Source: a bacterium (GTDB taxonomy: Bacteria > Fidelibacterota > Fidelibacteria > Fidelibacterales > Fidelibacteraceae). Taken from it: a DNA stretch of 64,000 nucleotides. Below are positions 1 to 10,112 of this stretch, one piece after another (the first letter of the stretch is position 1; each line of letters opens with the position of its first letter). Made by a program: the position numbers and the translations under genes. The notes below the pieces were generated by a model that saw nothing but the letters and a program-made list of their open reading frames with translations, was not told the origin of the DNA and did no database searches. Location: the NCBI GenBank assembly GCA_963676395.1, contig OY781066.1, forward strand, positions 1,856,001 through 1,920,000, read 5' to 3'.

Positions 1-15
1 CACAAGGGATGAATT

Positions 16-1956
16 ATGGCAAAGAGTAGCGATTCAGGCTGTTTATTTGGATTTATCGCAATTGCTGTTGTTGTTTCAATAATAATTGAAAATATAGAGA
101 TCTTTATTGGAATTGCAATCTTTGCTTTGATCATATTTCTTCTTGTCAGAAATGCTAAAAAGACCAAAAACCAATCTAAAACTAAAAATTATTCACAGAA
201 AACATATACTAGTAAGAGCATTCCAAAATATACACAAAAACAAACTATTGACTATTCATCAAGCAGTAGTAGTGGTGTTCCACATTGGAGCCATACATAT
301 ATATACTCATCAAGTGATTTAGACTATGCAAATTACCTACAAAAAGCATTTTATTATCGCTTTAAAAAGGAATTCCTCCGAGGGAATGTTCTAAATATTG
401 AGGGCAACACAAATTACGCTTTTATTTTGTACTTCGATTTGCTTGAGGAATATCAATCACATAAGAATATTGTTTTACTTGAAAAGCAATTTGATATGCT
501 TGGTGAATGTTGTCCCAAAACAAAGCAATACTACTTCCCAGTTTTATTGGAATTATTAAATGAAAAAAACGATGATTTTTCTAAAAGAAAAATTGAAGAA
601 CTTAAGGCCCCTTCATATCAGGATAAACAAGGTCTAATTTATGATTACGAATCGTATTATAAACTTGGCTATAAGTATAAGTCTATTTTAGGCTTAAATA
701 ATCAAGAGCAGCGATGGTTAAATAAATTTTATCTGCATAAAAATGTATTTACATCTATTGAGGGATGTTGCATAATGACTATAAAATTATATCTCATTGC
801 ATTAAATATATTAAATAAACGCTTAAATGCTAATAATACTTCATTGTCAAAAGAAGTTGCATATTTTAAAGACAAAGTAGCTGAAGTAAAGGGGCGAAAT
901 GACTATTATGGATATGAAGATAAAAAATACTTACAGGAACGGGCTGAATCCGAGATTTATTTGTCATTCTTTAAAAGATGTGAAAACTACGTAAGAGAAG
1001 CATACAATAGTAACAGGCGCGTTTCTACAGAATGTTCTTATCTTTTCAGTTATACAGATGAATTTGAAGAAAAAATCGGATCATTATTTGACAACATTCT
1101 ATTAACGGCAAAAAGTATTATTGAACCCCCAGATAAAAATACCCAGATAGAATTAAATGTTACTTTTGTGAATCGTTGGAAAAATAAGTTTGAAGAAATA
1201 ACAAGTACGTTTAATAGCAATAATATTATCAAATACGCTGAAGAAATTGAAGAATTAGAAGAAATGAATCACCGTAATCCGAACATTGAAAATATAATGT
1301 TTGAATCGTCAAAATTTATTGCAAAATATGATAAAGTACTTTCTCTTCAATATTACGCAAAATACATCCACTATGACTTGCACTCAAAAAAAATTGATAA
1401 CAAACCCCTAAATAAAACTGTTCAAAAATCCTTATTTTCTAATCAAAAGCAAGTAGAAAAATTTGAAGACATTATTAATAGATTAATTAATGGTGCAAAT
1501 ATTGCTGTAATAATTGAGGAATTATCAAAATTCTATATTCGTGAAAGAAAGAAGATCAAACTGGATGATGATAAAGTAAAAGAAGCTAAATTAAAGCATA
1601 AAGATACCGTTAATATTTTAAATGAGTTTTTAGAAGATGCTGATGAAACGGAGGAAGGTGATGAAATCCAAATTAATATTCAAAGAGATGCAGTAACGGA
1701 TTCAATTTATAAACCCGAAATATATTTATCCTCTTTTGAAGAAATAATTATTGATCAAATTAAAGATAATTCATTTGTTATATCTCAAAACGAAATCGAA
1801 AAAATTGCAATTGAACAAGGAATGTTTAAAAACCAATTAATTGATAATATCAATGATAAATGTAATGAAATGCTTAATGGTGAAATGTTAATTGAAGAAG
1901 ATGAAGATAACTATGTTATTGAAGAATCGTATTACCTGGAATTATTAAAAGATTAA
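16..1956 (+). CDS. sngA: Shango system SngA-like protein (N-terminal TM segment, TerB-N-like and TerB-C domains)
   Basis: 646 aa. Hydrophobic N-terminus, TerB-N-like segment 'VPHWSHTYIYS...NYAFILYFDLL', TerB-C-like end 'GMFKNQLIDNINDKCNEML..EMLIEEDED'. Directly upstream of a DUF2791 ATPase and an Lhr-like helicase. Confidence 0.75.
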   Translation: MAKSSDSGCLFGFIAIAVVVSIIIENIEIFIGIAIFALIIFLLVRNAKKTKNQSKTKNYSQKTYTSKSIPKYTQKQTIDYSSSSSSGVPHWSHTYIYSSSDLDYANYLQKAFYYRFKKEFLRGNVLNIEGNTNYAFILYFDLLEEYQSHKNIVLLEKQFDMLGECCPKTKQYYFPVLLELLNEKNDDFSKRKIEELKAPSYQDKQGLIYDYESYYKLGYKYKSILGLNNQEQRWLNKFYLHKNVFTSIEGCCIMTIKLYLIALNILNKRLNANNTSLSKEVAYFKDKVAEVKGRNDYYGYEDKKYLQERAESEIYLSFFKRCENYVREAYNSNRRVSTECSYLFSYTDEFEEKIGSLFDNILLTAKSIIEPPDKNTQIELNVTFVNRWKNKFEEITSTFNSNNIIKYAEEIEELEEMNHRNPNIENIMFESSKFIAKYDKVLSLQYYAKYIHYDLHSKKIDNKPLNKTVQKSLFSNQKQVEKFEDIINRLINGANIAVIIEELSKFYIRERKKIKLDDDKVKEAKLKHKDTVNILNEFLEDADETEEGDEIQINIQRDAVTDSIYKPEIYLSSFEEIIIDQIKDNSFVISQNEIEKIAIEQGMFKNQLIDNINDKCNEMLNGEMLIEEDEDNYVIEESYYLELLKD

Positions 1957-1966
1957 TAGGAAAAAA

Positions 1967-3274
1967 ATGGAAGTAAAAATTAAATCAAAAGAAGCAACTG
2001 CAATTATCAACTCCTTATCAAGTGGAGTAGTGCCAAATATTGGAATTCAGCATATTACAGTTGGCAGGAAGTTAGAAACAGAAGCGATTACAAATATTCT
2101 TAGGGATGTAGGAGAGGGACACAGTATAATGAAATTCTGGATAGGTGATTACGGTTCGGGTAAATCATTTATGCTTCATCTACTAAACACTATAGCTTTA
2201 AAACACAAGTTTGTTGTTACAAAAGCTGATTTTACACCTGATGTTAGACTATATTCTAATGATGGTAAAGCTGTTGCACTATACAGATCAATAATGGATA
2301 ATATTTCAATACAGACAAAACCTGAAGGTGGAGCTCTTTCTACCTTACTAGATAAATGGATCGAAAGCATTGTACTTAAAACAGCACAATCAAATAATAT
2401 TCCAATTACTGAAATTCGTGATGAAAAGTATTCTACATTAATTCAAGATAATATAATGTTTACCGTTAATGAGGTAACAACAACTGGGAGCTTCGATTTC
2501 GGTATTGTAATTAATAAGTATTATGAAGGTTTTATTAACAATGACGATCTATTAAAAAGAAGTGCTCTTAAATGGTTAAAGGGAGAATATAGAACTCGAA
2601 CAGAAGCAAGACAAGACTTGGGAGTAAGAGAAATTATCAACGATTGGAATTTTTATGATATGCTGAAAAATTTTTGCAGCTTATTCGTAAGTATTGGTTA
2701 TTCTGGATTTATTATTAATCTTGATGAGGCAGTTAATTTATACAAGTTATCTCAATCTACAACCAGGGCTAAAAACTACGAAAAACTTTTATCCATTTAT
2801 AATGATTGTTATCAAGGTAGAATATCTAATATGTTTATCAATATAGCTGGCACAAGAGAGTTTTTAGAAAATGAAAGAAAGGGTTTATTCAGCTATGATG
2901 CTTTAAAAACACGTTTAGCCTCAAATAAATATGAAACACTTGAAATTAGAGATTTTACTCAGCCGGTATTAAAACTTTTACCATTAAATCACAATGAAAT
3001 ATTTGTGCTACTTGAAAAACTCAGGAAGATTTTTAATTTAAATTATAACATTTCAATTGATATCACAGATGAAGATATTCGTTTATTTATGGAAGAAATG
3101 TTTAATAAACCCGGTGCAGATGAGTTTTTAACTCCTCGTGAAGTAATTAGGGAATTTCTAAATATACTTAGTATTCTGAGACAAAATCCAAATGTAGATA
3201 AATCCGATTTGATTTCCCAAATTGAGATTGAAGATGAAAGACCAGATTATAACGAAATAATTGAAGAAATATGA
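1967..3274 (+). CDS. sngB: DUF2791/BrxD-family P-loop ATPase (Shango SngB)
   Basis: 'SLSSGVVPNIGIQHITVGR' N-terminus, Walker A 'GDYGSGKS', Walker B 'INLDEAVNLYK', C-terminal 'TPREVIREF', all typical of DUF2791. Confidence 0.85.
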   Translation: MEVKIKSKEATAIINSLSSGVVPNIGIQHITVGRKLETEAITNILRDVGEGHSIMKFWIGDYGSGKSFMLHLLNTIALKHKFVVTKADFTPDVRLYSNDGKAVALYRSIMDNISIQTKPEGGALSTLLDKWIESIVLKTAQSNNIPITEIRDEKYSTLIQDNIMFTVNEVTTTGSFDFGIVINKYYEGFINNDDLLKRSALKWLKGEYRTRTEARQDLGVREIINDWNFYDMLKNFCSLFVSIGYSGFIINLDEAVNLYKLSQSTTRAKNYEKLLSIYNDCYQGRISNMFINIAGTREFLENERKGLFSYDALKTRLASNKYETLEIRDFTQPVLKLLPLNHNEIFVLLEKLRKIFNLNYNISIDITDEDIRLFMEEMFNKPGADEFLTPREVIREFLNILSILRQNPNVDKSDLISQIEIEDERPDYNEIIEEI

Positions 3275-5409
3275 TAGCATATAAATTATTATCAGAACCG
3301 ATAAGAAAATATATTCGCGATAAGAATTGGACTGAACTAAGGCCAATACAAAATGCTGCTATCCAAAAGATTATAAATACTGATAATAATATTATACTTG
3401 CATCGAAAACTGCTTCAGGAAAGACTGAAGCAGCATTTTTACCCATATTATCAAAGACTAATTTTAATGAAATTGGAGTAAAAGTATTATATATATCACC
3501 ACTTATCGCTTTAATTAATGATCAATTTGAGCGTATTGAGCACCTGTGCGATAATATTGCTATTAAGGTTACAAAATGGCATGGCGAGGCAAATAGAACA
3601 CTTAAAAAAGAATTAATAAATGATCCTTCTGGGATTGTATTAATTACTCCAGAATCTCTTGAAGCAATGTTCACTAATGCTCCATATAACATTAAAAATT
3701 TATTTAAAAATTTGAATTATATTATTGTAGACGAAATTCATTCATTTATTGGTACCGATAGGGGTATACAGCTCATGTCCATTATTTCTCGAATTCAACA
3801 AATAAATGAAAAACGTATTATAAAAATAGGTTTATCCGCAACAATTGGTGAGCAAAATTTTGATGAAGTTAAGAAGATTACGGGAGAAATTGAAAAGACC
3901 AAGATTTTATTGGATAGAACAAAGAAAGAGACAGTAATTAATATTAAATATTATAAAGGTACTACAAAAGAATTACCAATAGACTTGATTAAAAATCTCT
4001 ATGAGGAGACTTTAGATAGCAAGGCTTTAATTTTTCCTAATAGCAGAGGAAGAACCGAGGAAATAGCTGTTAAGCTAAAGAAAATATCCAATCTTCACAA
4101 TGGACAAAATTACTATTTTTCACATCATTCTTCGATAGATAAAGAAATCCGAGAAAGTGTAGAAAGTTTCGCTAAAAACAACAGAAGATATAATTTTTCT
4201 ATAGTGTGTACTTCAACTTTGGAACTCGGCATTGATATTGGAATGGTTGATAAGATTATTCAAATAGATTCAACACATTCTGTTTCTTCTCTAGTTCAGA
4301 GGATAGGACGTAGCGGTAGAAAAGAGGGAGATAAGTCTCATGTTGTAATTTATACTACAAGTAATTGGAGTTTGCTTCAGTCATTAGCAACATGGTTATT
4401 ATATGAAGAGAATTATTTAGAGCCTTTAGAGATTTCTAAACATCCATATGATATATTGTTTCATCAAATACTTTCGATAGTAAAAGGGTCTTCGGGATGT
4501 AGAAGGAAACAATTAATAGAAAAAATTCAATCTAATGTTGCCTTTAAAGAAATTTCTATAAATGATATTAATCAGATCATTGATGATGCAATAGAAAAAG
4601 ACATTTTAGAATTAATACAACATGAATTAATCATTGGGGTTGATGGAGAGAAAATTGTAAATAGCAAAGAATTTTATAGTGTTTTTAAGACTGAACAAAA
4701 CATGAAAGTTTATCATTTTGGGAGGAAAATTGGCGATATACCGTTCTCACCTCAAATACAGATAAATGAAAATCTTTTATTAGCCGCAAAGATTTGGAAA
4801 ATAAAAGCAGTTGATATTAATAATAATAAGATCGATGTGATTTCAGCTAAAGATGGTAAAAATCCAATATTTTTTGGTCGCGGGGGTGATGTTGATCAAA
4901 AAATAAGAGAGAAGATGTTAAGAATAATCAAATCCAATGATTTTTATAAAGAATTAGAGCCTAATGCTAGTCAAGCGTTAAGCGATCTTAGATTTTTGTT
5001 TGAGAATTTTAAAATCAATGATTTTCTGATTGAACGTCCATGTGTGATATTAACTAATAAAATTGTGCTATATACATTTACCGGTACAAGAGTTAACCGA
5101 AGTTTATATTTTTTAATAAAAGCCTCAGGCATTGATGCTATAGTTAATGATCGAGAAAGCACAATAGAAATTGGTATAAATTTTAATGAATTTGACGTGT
5201 TGAAGTCTAAAATTATCAATGCCAGTAACAATATTGATTCAATCTTGAAAATGAAACTTGAAGAAAATGATAAATATCTATTTTTTTCAAAATGGGGGGA
5301 GTATTTATCTGATAAATTTAAAATTAAAATATTAAAAGAGCGATATTTTGATTTTGATGGAGCTATCGGTTTTATTAATAGAATAGCTCCAATTGGAGTT
5401 CAAAGTTGA
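3271..5409 (+). CDS. sngC: Lhr-like DEAD/DEAH-box helicase (Shango SngC)
   Basis: Motifs 'TASGKTEAAF', 'DEIH', 'SAT', 'TSTLELGIDIG', 'QRIGRSGR'. Overlaps the ATPase stop (ATGA). Confidence 0.88.
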   Translation: MIAYKLLSEPIRKYIRDKNWTELRPIQNAAIQKIINTDNNIILASKTASGKTEAAFLPILSKTNFNEIGVKVLYISPLIALINDQFERIEHLCDNIAIKVTKWHGEANRTLKKELINDPSGIVLITPESLEAMFTNAPYNIKNLFKNLNYIIVDEIHSFIGTDRGIQLMSIISRIQQINEKRIIKIGLSATIGEQNFDEVKKITGEIEKTKILLDRTKKETVINIKYYKGTTKELPIDLIKNLYEETLDSKALIFPNSRGRTEEIAVKLKKISNLHNGQNYYFSHHSSIDKEIRESVESFAKNNRRYNFSIVCTSTLELGIDIGMVDKIIQIDSTHSVSSLVQRIGRSGRKEGDKSHVVIYTTSNWSLLQSLATWLLYEENYLEPLEISKHPYDILFHQILSIVKGSSGCRRKQLIEKIQSNVAFKEISINDINQIIDDAIEKDILELIQHELIIGVDGEKIVNSKEFYSVFKTEQNMKVYHFGRKIGDIPFSPQIQINENLLLAAKIWKIKAVDINNNKIDVISAKDGKNPIFFGRGGDVDQKIREKMLRIIKSNDFYKELEPNASQALSDLRFLFENFKINDFLIERPCVILTNKIVLYTFTGTRVNRSLYFLIKASGIDAIVNDRESTIEIGINFNEFDVLKSKIINASNNIDSILKMKLEENDKYLFFSKWGEYLSDKFKIKILKERYFDFDGAIGFINRIAPIGVQS

Positions 5410-5453
5410 ATCTGAGATATTTGAGAATATGAATGAATAATCATAATTAAGAA

Positions 5454-6407
5454 ATGTCATCTTTAAATCTAAAAATTCCACTTGCCCTAAAAAACGGCAA
5501 AACGATCCATATTAGCGAGGTAGAACAATCAGGTCTGGCTTGTGGCTGTCGATGTCCGGCATGTAATGAATTATTAGAAGCAAGAAGACATACTAAAGAT
5601 CCTAGTGAATATAAATTTAAACACACAGATTATTTTGCCCATAGTAAAAGAAGTAAGTGTGAGTATGGGGCCGAAAGCGCATTGCACTATTTAGCTAAAG
5701 AAGTTATTGAAAAAGAAAAAAGAATTACTCTTCCGGTAAAGAAGCATAGCTATCCTCATTTTCACAATGAAGTAATTATACCTGAAATTTCACTTGAAGT
5801 TGATAAAGTAACACTAGAGCCTGTAATTGATAATATACGGCCTGATGTATTGATTGAATCAAGAGGTCAAAAATTAATGCTTGAAATTGGTGTTACCCAC
5901 TTTATTGACAAAGAAAAAAAGGAAAAGATTGAAAAGATCGGAATATCAACTATAGAAATAGATCTAAAAAGATATGATATGTTCGAAGTTGATAGAGAAA
6001 AACTAAAAAGTATCATAATTGATGATACAAAAGAAAAGAAATGGATATTTAATACAAAGTTTAAACAGTTAGTAGAAAAGAGAAGAAATGAACTAAAAGA
6101 TCAAATTGCTGCAAAGGACAAAGAAGACAGAGAACGATCATTAAAAGTCGTAGAATTGGAAAAATTTTACTGTAATTATAAACTTCCAATAGAGAAAAGA
6201 TCATCAAAAGGGGCCTGGAATGGAAAACTCGATCTCTGGCAGGTTAGCCCCTGCCCAATGGAAAAAAGGTATTATGGTGGTAGATATTATGCAAATATTC
6301 ACGTTGACTGTTATAATTGTAGGGTTAATGGAAAGAAAGCTTTTAAGGGTTTTCGAGATGATAAAACAACAATTGTATGTCTAGCTGAATATTACTTGAG
6401 GAAATAA
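5454..6407 (+). CDS. CoiA-like Zn-finger PD-(D/E)XK nuclease
   Basis: 'GLACGCRCPAC...YFAH...C..GAESALH' Zn ribbon, 'RPDV...LEIGVTH' nuclease core, extra C-terminal Cys cluster. Confidence 0.7.
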   Translation: MSSLNLKIPLALKNGKTIHISEVEQSGLACGCRCPACNELLEARRHTKDPSEYKFKHTDYFAHSKRSKCEYGAESALHYLAKEVIEKEKRITLPVKKHSYPHFHNEVIIPEISLEVDKVTLEPVIDNIRPDVLIESRGQKLMLEIGVTHFIDKEKKEKIEKIGISTIEIDLKRYDMFEVDREKLKSIIIDDTKEKKWIFNTKFKQLVEKRRNELKDQIAAKDKEDRERSLKVVELEKFYCNYKLPIEKRSSKGAWNGKLDLWQVSPCPMEKRYYGGRYYANIHVDCYNCRVNGKKAFKGFRDDKTTIVCLAEYYLRK

Positions 6408-6411
6408 TTAT

Positions 6412-6939
6412 ATGATAAATATTATAAGAGGTAATTATATGTCGTATTTAGTAGCTGCTGCTGTTTTACTAATAATCGTCGGAATTTTTACTTTAGATCT
6501 TATCAAAATTGGTATAGGTATTGTCGTAATTGTAATTGTATTCAGTGTTTTTAGGTTAAAAAATAGGAGAGCAACTAAGGATCCAATTTTATTTGAGCTA
6601 CTTGTCTCAATAACAAATTTAACTCAGGAAATTGATAAAGAACTTTACAAAAAAGAAATCAACCTTTATTCTGATAGAAAATATAATTTGATATTAAGCC
6701 TATTCTATATTGGATTTGTTAAAGAAGCAGCAGACATAAAACAATTACCTTATGATAAGTATAAAGATTTATTTTATTCATCATTTAATAGCATTACATA
6801 CAATTATAAGAAAAATGAAATTGAATCTCTTTTCCTCATAGGTGTAAATATAAAATCATATCCTATTTCATCAAAGATTGTAAATGAAGGCGCAAGAATT
6901 TTCAGAAAAAGAATTACTAATAATGGAGATTACCTTTGA
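6412..6939 (+). CDS. Hypothetical membrane protein (two N-terminal TM helices), possibly frameshifted near the 3' end
   Basis: 175-aa ORF with hydrophobic hairpin. An overlapping frame continues as 35 further residues to 7030. Confidence 0.55.
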   Translation: MINIIRGNYMSYLVAAAVLLIIVGIFTLDLIKIGIGIVVIVIVFSVFRLKNRRATKDPILFELLVSITNLTQEIDKELYKKEINLYSDRKYNLILSLFYIGFVKEAADIKQLPYDKYKDLFYSSFNSITYNYKKNEIESLFLIGVNIKSYPISSKIVNEGARIFRKRITNNGDYL

Positions 6940-7350
6940 AGATGAAAAAGTATCAAAGGCAATAAATGATATTTTTGATGAATTTACTCTTTGTGATAAT
7001 AATCAGGAAGAACCTGATACAAAAAAATAACTATCTAAAAATTCAATTTAATATGGGAGCAGAATTTGAAAATAGTATTGAATTTGATATTTCCCTAACA
7101 ATCGGACAGTTTAAAATGTAGTTAATTCATCTTTTGCGCCCCAAAAATCGCATCATTACAGCGTAATACCCCTAAAAACACAAACTTCCGCATACCAGCC
7201 ACATATCAGTACACACAAACCGTAAAACTCTCATGGTTGAAGGCTCTGCACTGTACTCTTAATCCAGTGGGGATTATGCAAGGCTTTCAAAAAAAAAATC
7301 AGATTGAGCATTATATTTAGCCCTGCAATGCTTGGAAATCTATAGATTAC

Positions 7351-7377
7351 AAGAAACCCCGGGATAAACCCGAGGTT
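7351..7377 (-). terminator. Rho-independent terminator of the 10109-7452 gene
   Basis: Hairpin AACCCCGGG-ATAAA-CCCGAGGTT followed by a T-rich tail on the minus strand. Confidence 0.6.
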
Positions 7378-7451
7378 ACAATTATGTGACTTCTGATTGG
7401 AGTCTTTTTTATTTTTGCGAGACACGTTTCCCGATATCTCATGTTTTATAA

Positions 7452-10109
7452 TTACTTCATCAATAAGCATTTCTCAACAAATCGCTCTACACCACTATCG
7501 TTGCTTAGCGTTGCATGGATAAAATAAATTCCCGATGGATGAGCGGATGCATTCCAAGCCAGTTTATAGTCTCCGGCATTTTGACGTCCTGAATACAGTA
7601 TATCAACTTGTCTTCCATTAATATCCAGAACATTTATCTTGATATTGTTAGTAGCCGACAGCCGATAGCTGATAGTTAATTTAGGATTAAAAGGATTTGG
7701 ATATGCTTTCATTAAAAAGGGTGTTTCAGGAATTATTGGGTCAATTGCATCGTTAAGCTCACGGGTTATAATCGATGCTTCCACCATGGAGTTTGCGGGG
7801 ACATTCACTAAGGCATAAGCCATTTTCGAAAGAGTATCGACTTGGAATAATTTTGCATTGATGAGTGAATCGATTGCTTCGGTTTTTTCAAGCGGGAATT
7901 TTACCATGCACTGATCAAGATCAATATGGTGGTTATTATTGATACGTGCCATAGAAGAGTCGGCATTATAGATGATGGTCAATTCACTGCCGCTTGCTCC
8001 GGCTTGGACAGAAAGTGAATTTAAATATTGATTATTCTTGAACTTTATGATACGATATGCTCTTCTTCCGTTACAAGTTGCTGCGGTAGAAATACTGTAA
8101 GGATGTGTTTCATCTTCTTTATCCTTATGCGTATGTCCCCAAAAAGCGACATCGACATCGAGAGAGCTAAGGTTAATTTCATTCTTGAAGTCATAGTGAT
8201 AAAACATAACATTTAAACTATCGGTACTGTGTGCAGCAATATCGGTATTAAGCCATGTGAACTGCGATGAAATAAAGGAAGAACTGCCATAGAGTTCGTA
8301 GCGCCATTCATCGTAATTGTCGTAGGCCTCCAGTCCGATAAAGTGAACCTTACCGTAATTAAAGGAATAGTTTTGCGTGGTGGTGGCCGTTGCGGAAGTG
8401 CTGTTTAAATAATCCCAGCCAAAGAAATTCCACCAAGTTCTGCGGGCAGTACCATCGGGAGCGGGCGTAGCATCCCATCCGCCAAGATCGTGGTTTCCGG
8501 CAACTAGAAATACGGGGACATCCAGCTCGTACATGAGTTTTTTAGCTCTTGAAATTGAGGGAACACCCAATTCCTCGATCTCACCATCGTTAATGAGATC
8601 ACCGGTATGGATAACAAAATCCGGGTTAATAATATTAATGTCCTTGATCACTGCGCGGAAGTCTTCAATGCCAGTCGAGTCGGCTTCTAAACCATCATCT
8701 CCCCAGTAAAAATTTGAGGGAAGGTGAGTGTCGGTAACATGAACGACAGTGAATTCTTTTTTGTATTCCGGAATAATATAGATGGAGTTTTTTGAAAGAT
8801 CATTTTTACTTGTATCACTACATGTTATGTAGAGATCATATAGGCCATAAACCATGTTATCAGGAAGTGTCGCTTGGAATTTTCGTAAACCATTTTCACT
8901 TCCGTTTTCCGTGAAGTTTAAATCATACTCGATAGTGTTAAATTTGATTTTCACTTTGTTTAGAGCTATACCTGAGCTGAGGTCAAGTAAGATATCAAAG
9001 TTTTTACCCGGTAGATTCATGCTTGGAATATTTACCAGCGGTGACTGGATGACTGTTAGTGTATCTTTCGGGAAAACCGGGATCACGACCTCACCCAAGG
9101 ATAATTCAATGTTCTGACTGCTTGAGCTTGAGATATAAAAAGTTTCGTTTGCAACTTGCCCGGCATAGGAGCAGGAAGCTGTCCATGATCCGGTTTCTAA
9201 TTCTACCAGGGAAATACCTGAAGTATTTGTTCTGCTTTCAAAACTTTCTGTTTCGTTTGGAGCTTGTACAAATGAAACCAAGGCGTTTGAGACCGGTAAA
9301 CCATTTTGAGTCACTGTGATGGTCGCTTTACCTGTCGACAGTTCATTCAATTCGGCGTTAGCCAGATAGATATCGGCAAGATCATTACCCACAGCAAAGT
9401 ATCGCGTAATGGTATAGCTTGCGCCTGGAGCTAGATCGGTTTCAACAATGGTTGCATCACTCCAGTAGCCGCCATGAATGGCGAAGAATGATGTTTCGGC
9501 CATATAGCCGTAAAGAGTATTAGTAGTTGTGGAGGCCAACCATGTTGTATTAGAAGATCCTTCACGAGTTGAGCCTAAACCGGGAACAAAAGGATTGGAG
9601 CCCCAGGAAAAAGCATCGCCCATGCCATAGTTTTCCAGTCGTGAGCCACTATTATTTGTAAAGGTTGAAACCAGTTTAAGTAAGTTCGTATCATCATACA
9701 GGATATAATCCGATACAATACTGATGAGAGCATTATCTGAATCTACACCGCTTACTTGGACATGCGCTGAATCATTCGGCGTGCCGTTAGAGAGGATGGA
9801 GATAGAATTATAGATTGCCTGACGTGGCCAGGTTTTATTGAGATAGAGGTACATGAGATCGAAGTCATCTTGCCCACCATTAACAACGGCGTCAATGCAT
9901 AAGCCACCGGATTTCCCGGGAGATTTGGTATTGGGTATATCCGCAATAACAAACGAAACGCTATCATTTTTTATAATATAATCACCGACGACACCATTGG
10001 CATGTGTGCCGGAGAATAATTGAGAGCTGGATGTAATTTTACTGACTTGTGCTGCATTTGCAAACCCGATGATTATGAGCAAAATGCTAATGAGATGTTG
10101 TTTTTTCAA
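7452..10109 (-). CDS. Secreted multidomain calcineurin-like metallophosphoesterase with C-terminal secretion/sorting (T9SS-like) domain
   Basis: Signal peptide, motifs DTH, GDL, GNHD and GHTH, C-terminal 'AYPNPFNP...G.Y...W.A...SGIYF' domain. TTG start. Confidence 0.75.
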   Translation of the reverse strand: MKKQHLISILLIIIGFANAAQVSKITSSSQLFSGTHANGVVGDYIIKNDSVSFVIADIPNTKSPGKSGGLCIDAVVNGGQDDFDLMYLYLNKTWPRQAIYNSISILSNGTPNDSAHVQVSGVDSDNALISIVSDYILYDDTNLLKLVSTFTNNSGSRLENYGMGDAFSWGSNPFVPGLGSTREGSSNTTWLASTTTNTLYGYMAETSFFAIHGGYWSDATIVETDLAPGASYTITRYFAVGNDLADIYLANAELNELSTGKATITVTQNGLPVSNALVSFVQAPNETESFESRTNTSGISLVELETGSWTASCSYAGQVANETFYISSSSSQNIELSLGEVVIPVFPKDTLTVIQSPLVNIPSMNLPGKNFDILLDLSSGIALNKVKIKFNTIEYDLNFTENGSENGLRKFQATLPDNMVYGLYDLYITCSDTSKNDLSKNSIYIIPEYKKEFTVVHVTDTHLPSNFYWGDDGLEADSTGIEDFRAVIKDINIINPDFVIHTGDLINDGEIEELGVPSISRAKKLMYELDVPVFLVAGNHDLGGWDATPAPDGTARRTWWNFFGWDYLNSTSATATTTQNYSFNYGKVHFIGLEAYDNYDEWRYELYGSSSFISSQFTWLNTDIAAHSTDSLNVMFYHYDFKNEINLSSLDVDVAFWGHTHKDKEDETHPYSISTAATCNGRRAYRIIKFKNNQYLNSLSVQAGASGSELTIIYNADSSMARINNNHHIDLDQCMVKFPLEKTEAIDSLINAKLFQVDTLSKMAYALVNVPANSMVEASIITRELNDAIDPIIPETPFLMKAYPNPFNPKLTISYRLSATNNIKINVLDINGRQVDILYSGRQNAGDYKLAWNASAHPSGIYFIHATLSNDSGVERFVEKCLLMK

Positions 10110-10112
10110 AAT

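Larger units (their letters stand above)
1..7270. mobile_element. Right part of an AT-rich defence island (left boundary outside window)
   Basis: Visibly higher AT content and different codon use than flanking genes, defence gene content, composition change around 7100-7270. No integrase in the window. Confidence 0.55.

Noticed and set aside
1967..5409. BREX type 2 (BrxD + BrxHI)
   Set aside because: No pglX/pglZ/pglW in the window, and the upstream gene is a TerB-N/C protein, which fits Shango.
7231..7470. 79-aa minus-strand ORF
   Set aside because: It overlaps the end of the upstream gene, runs through a terminator hairpin, and has no recognisable motif.
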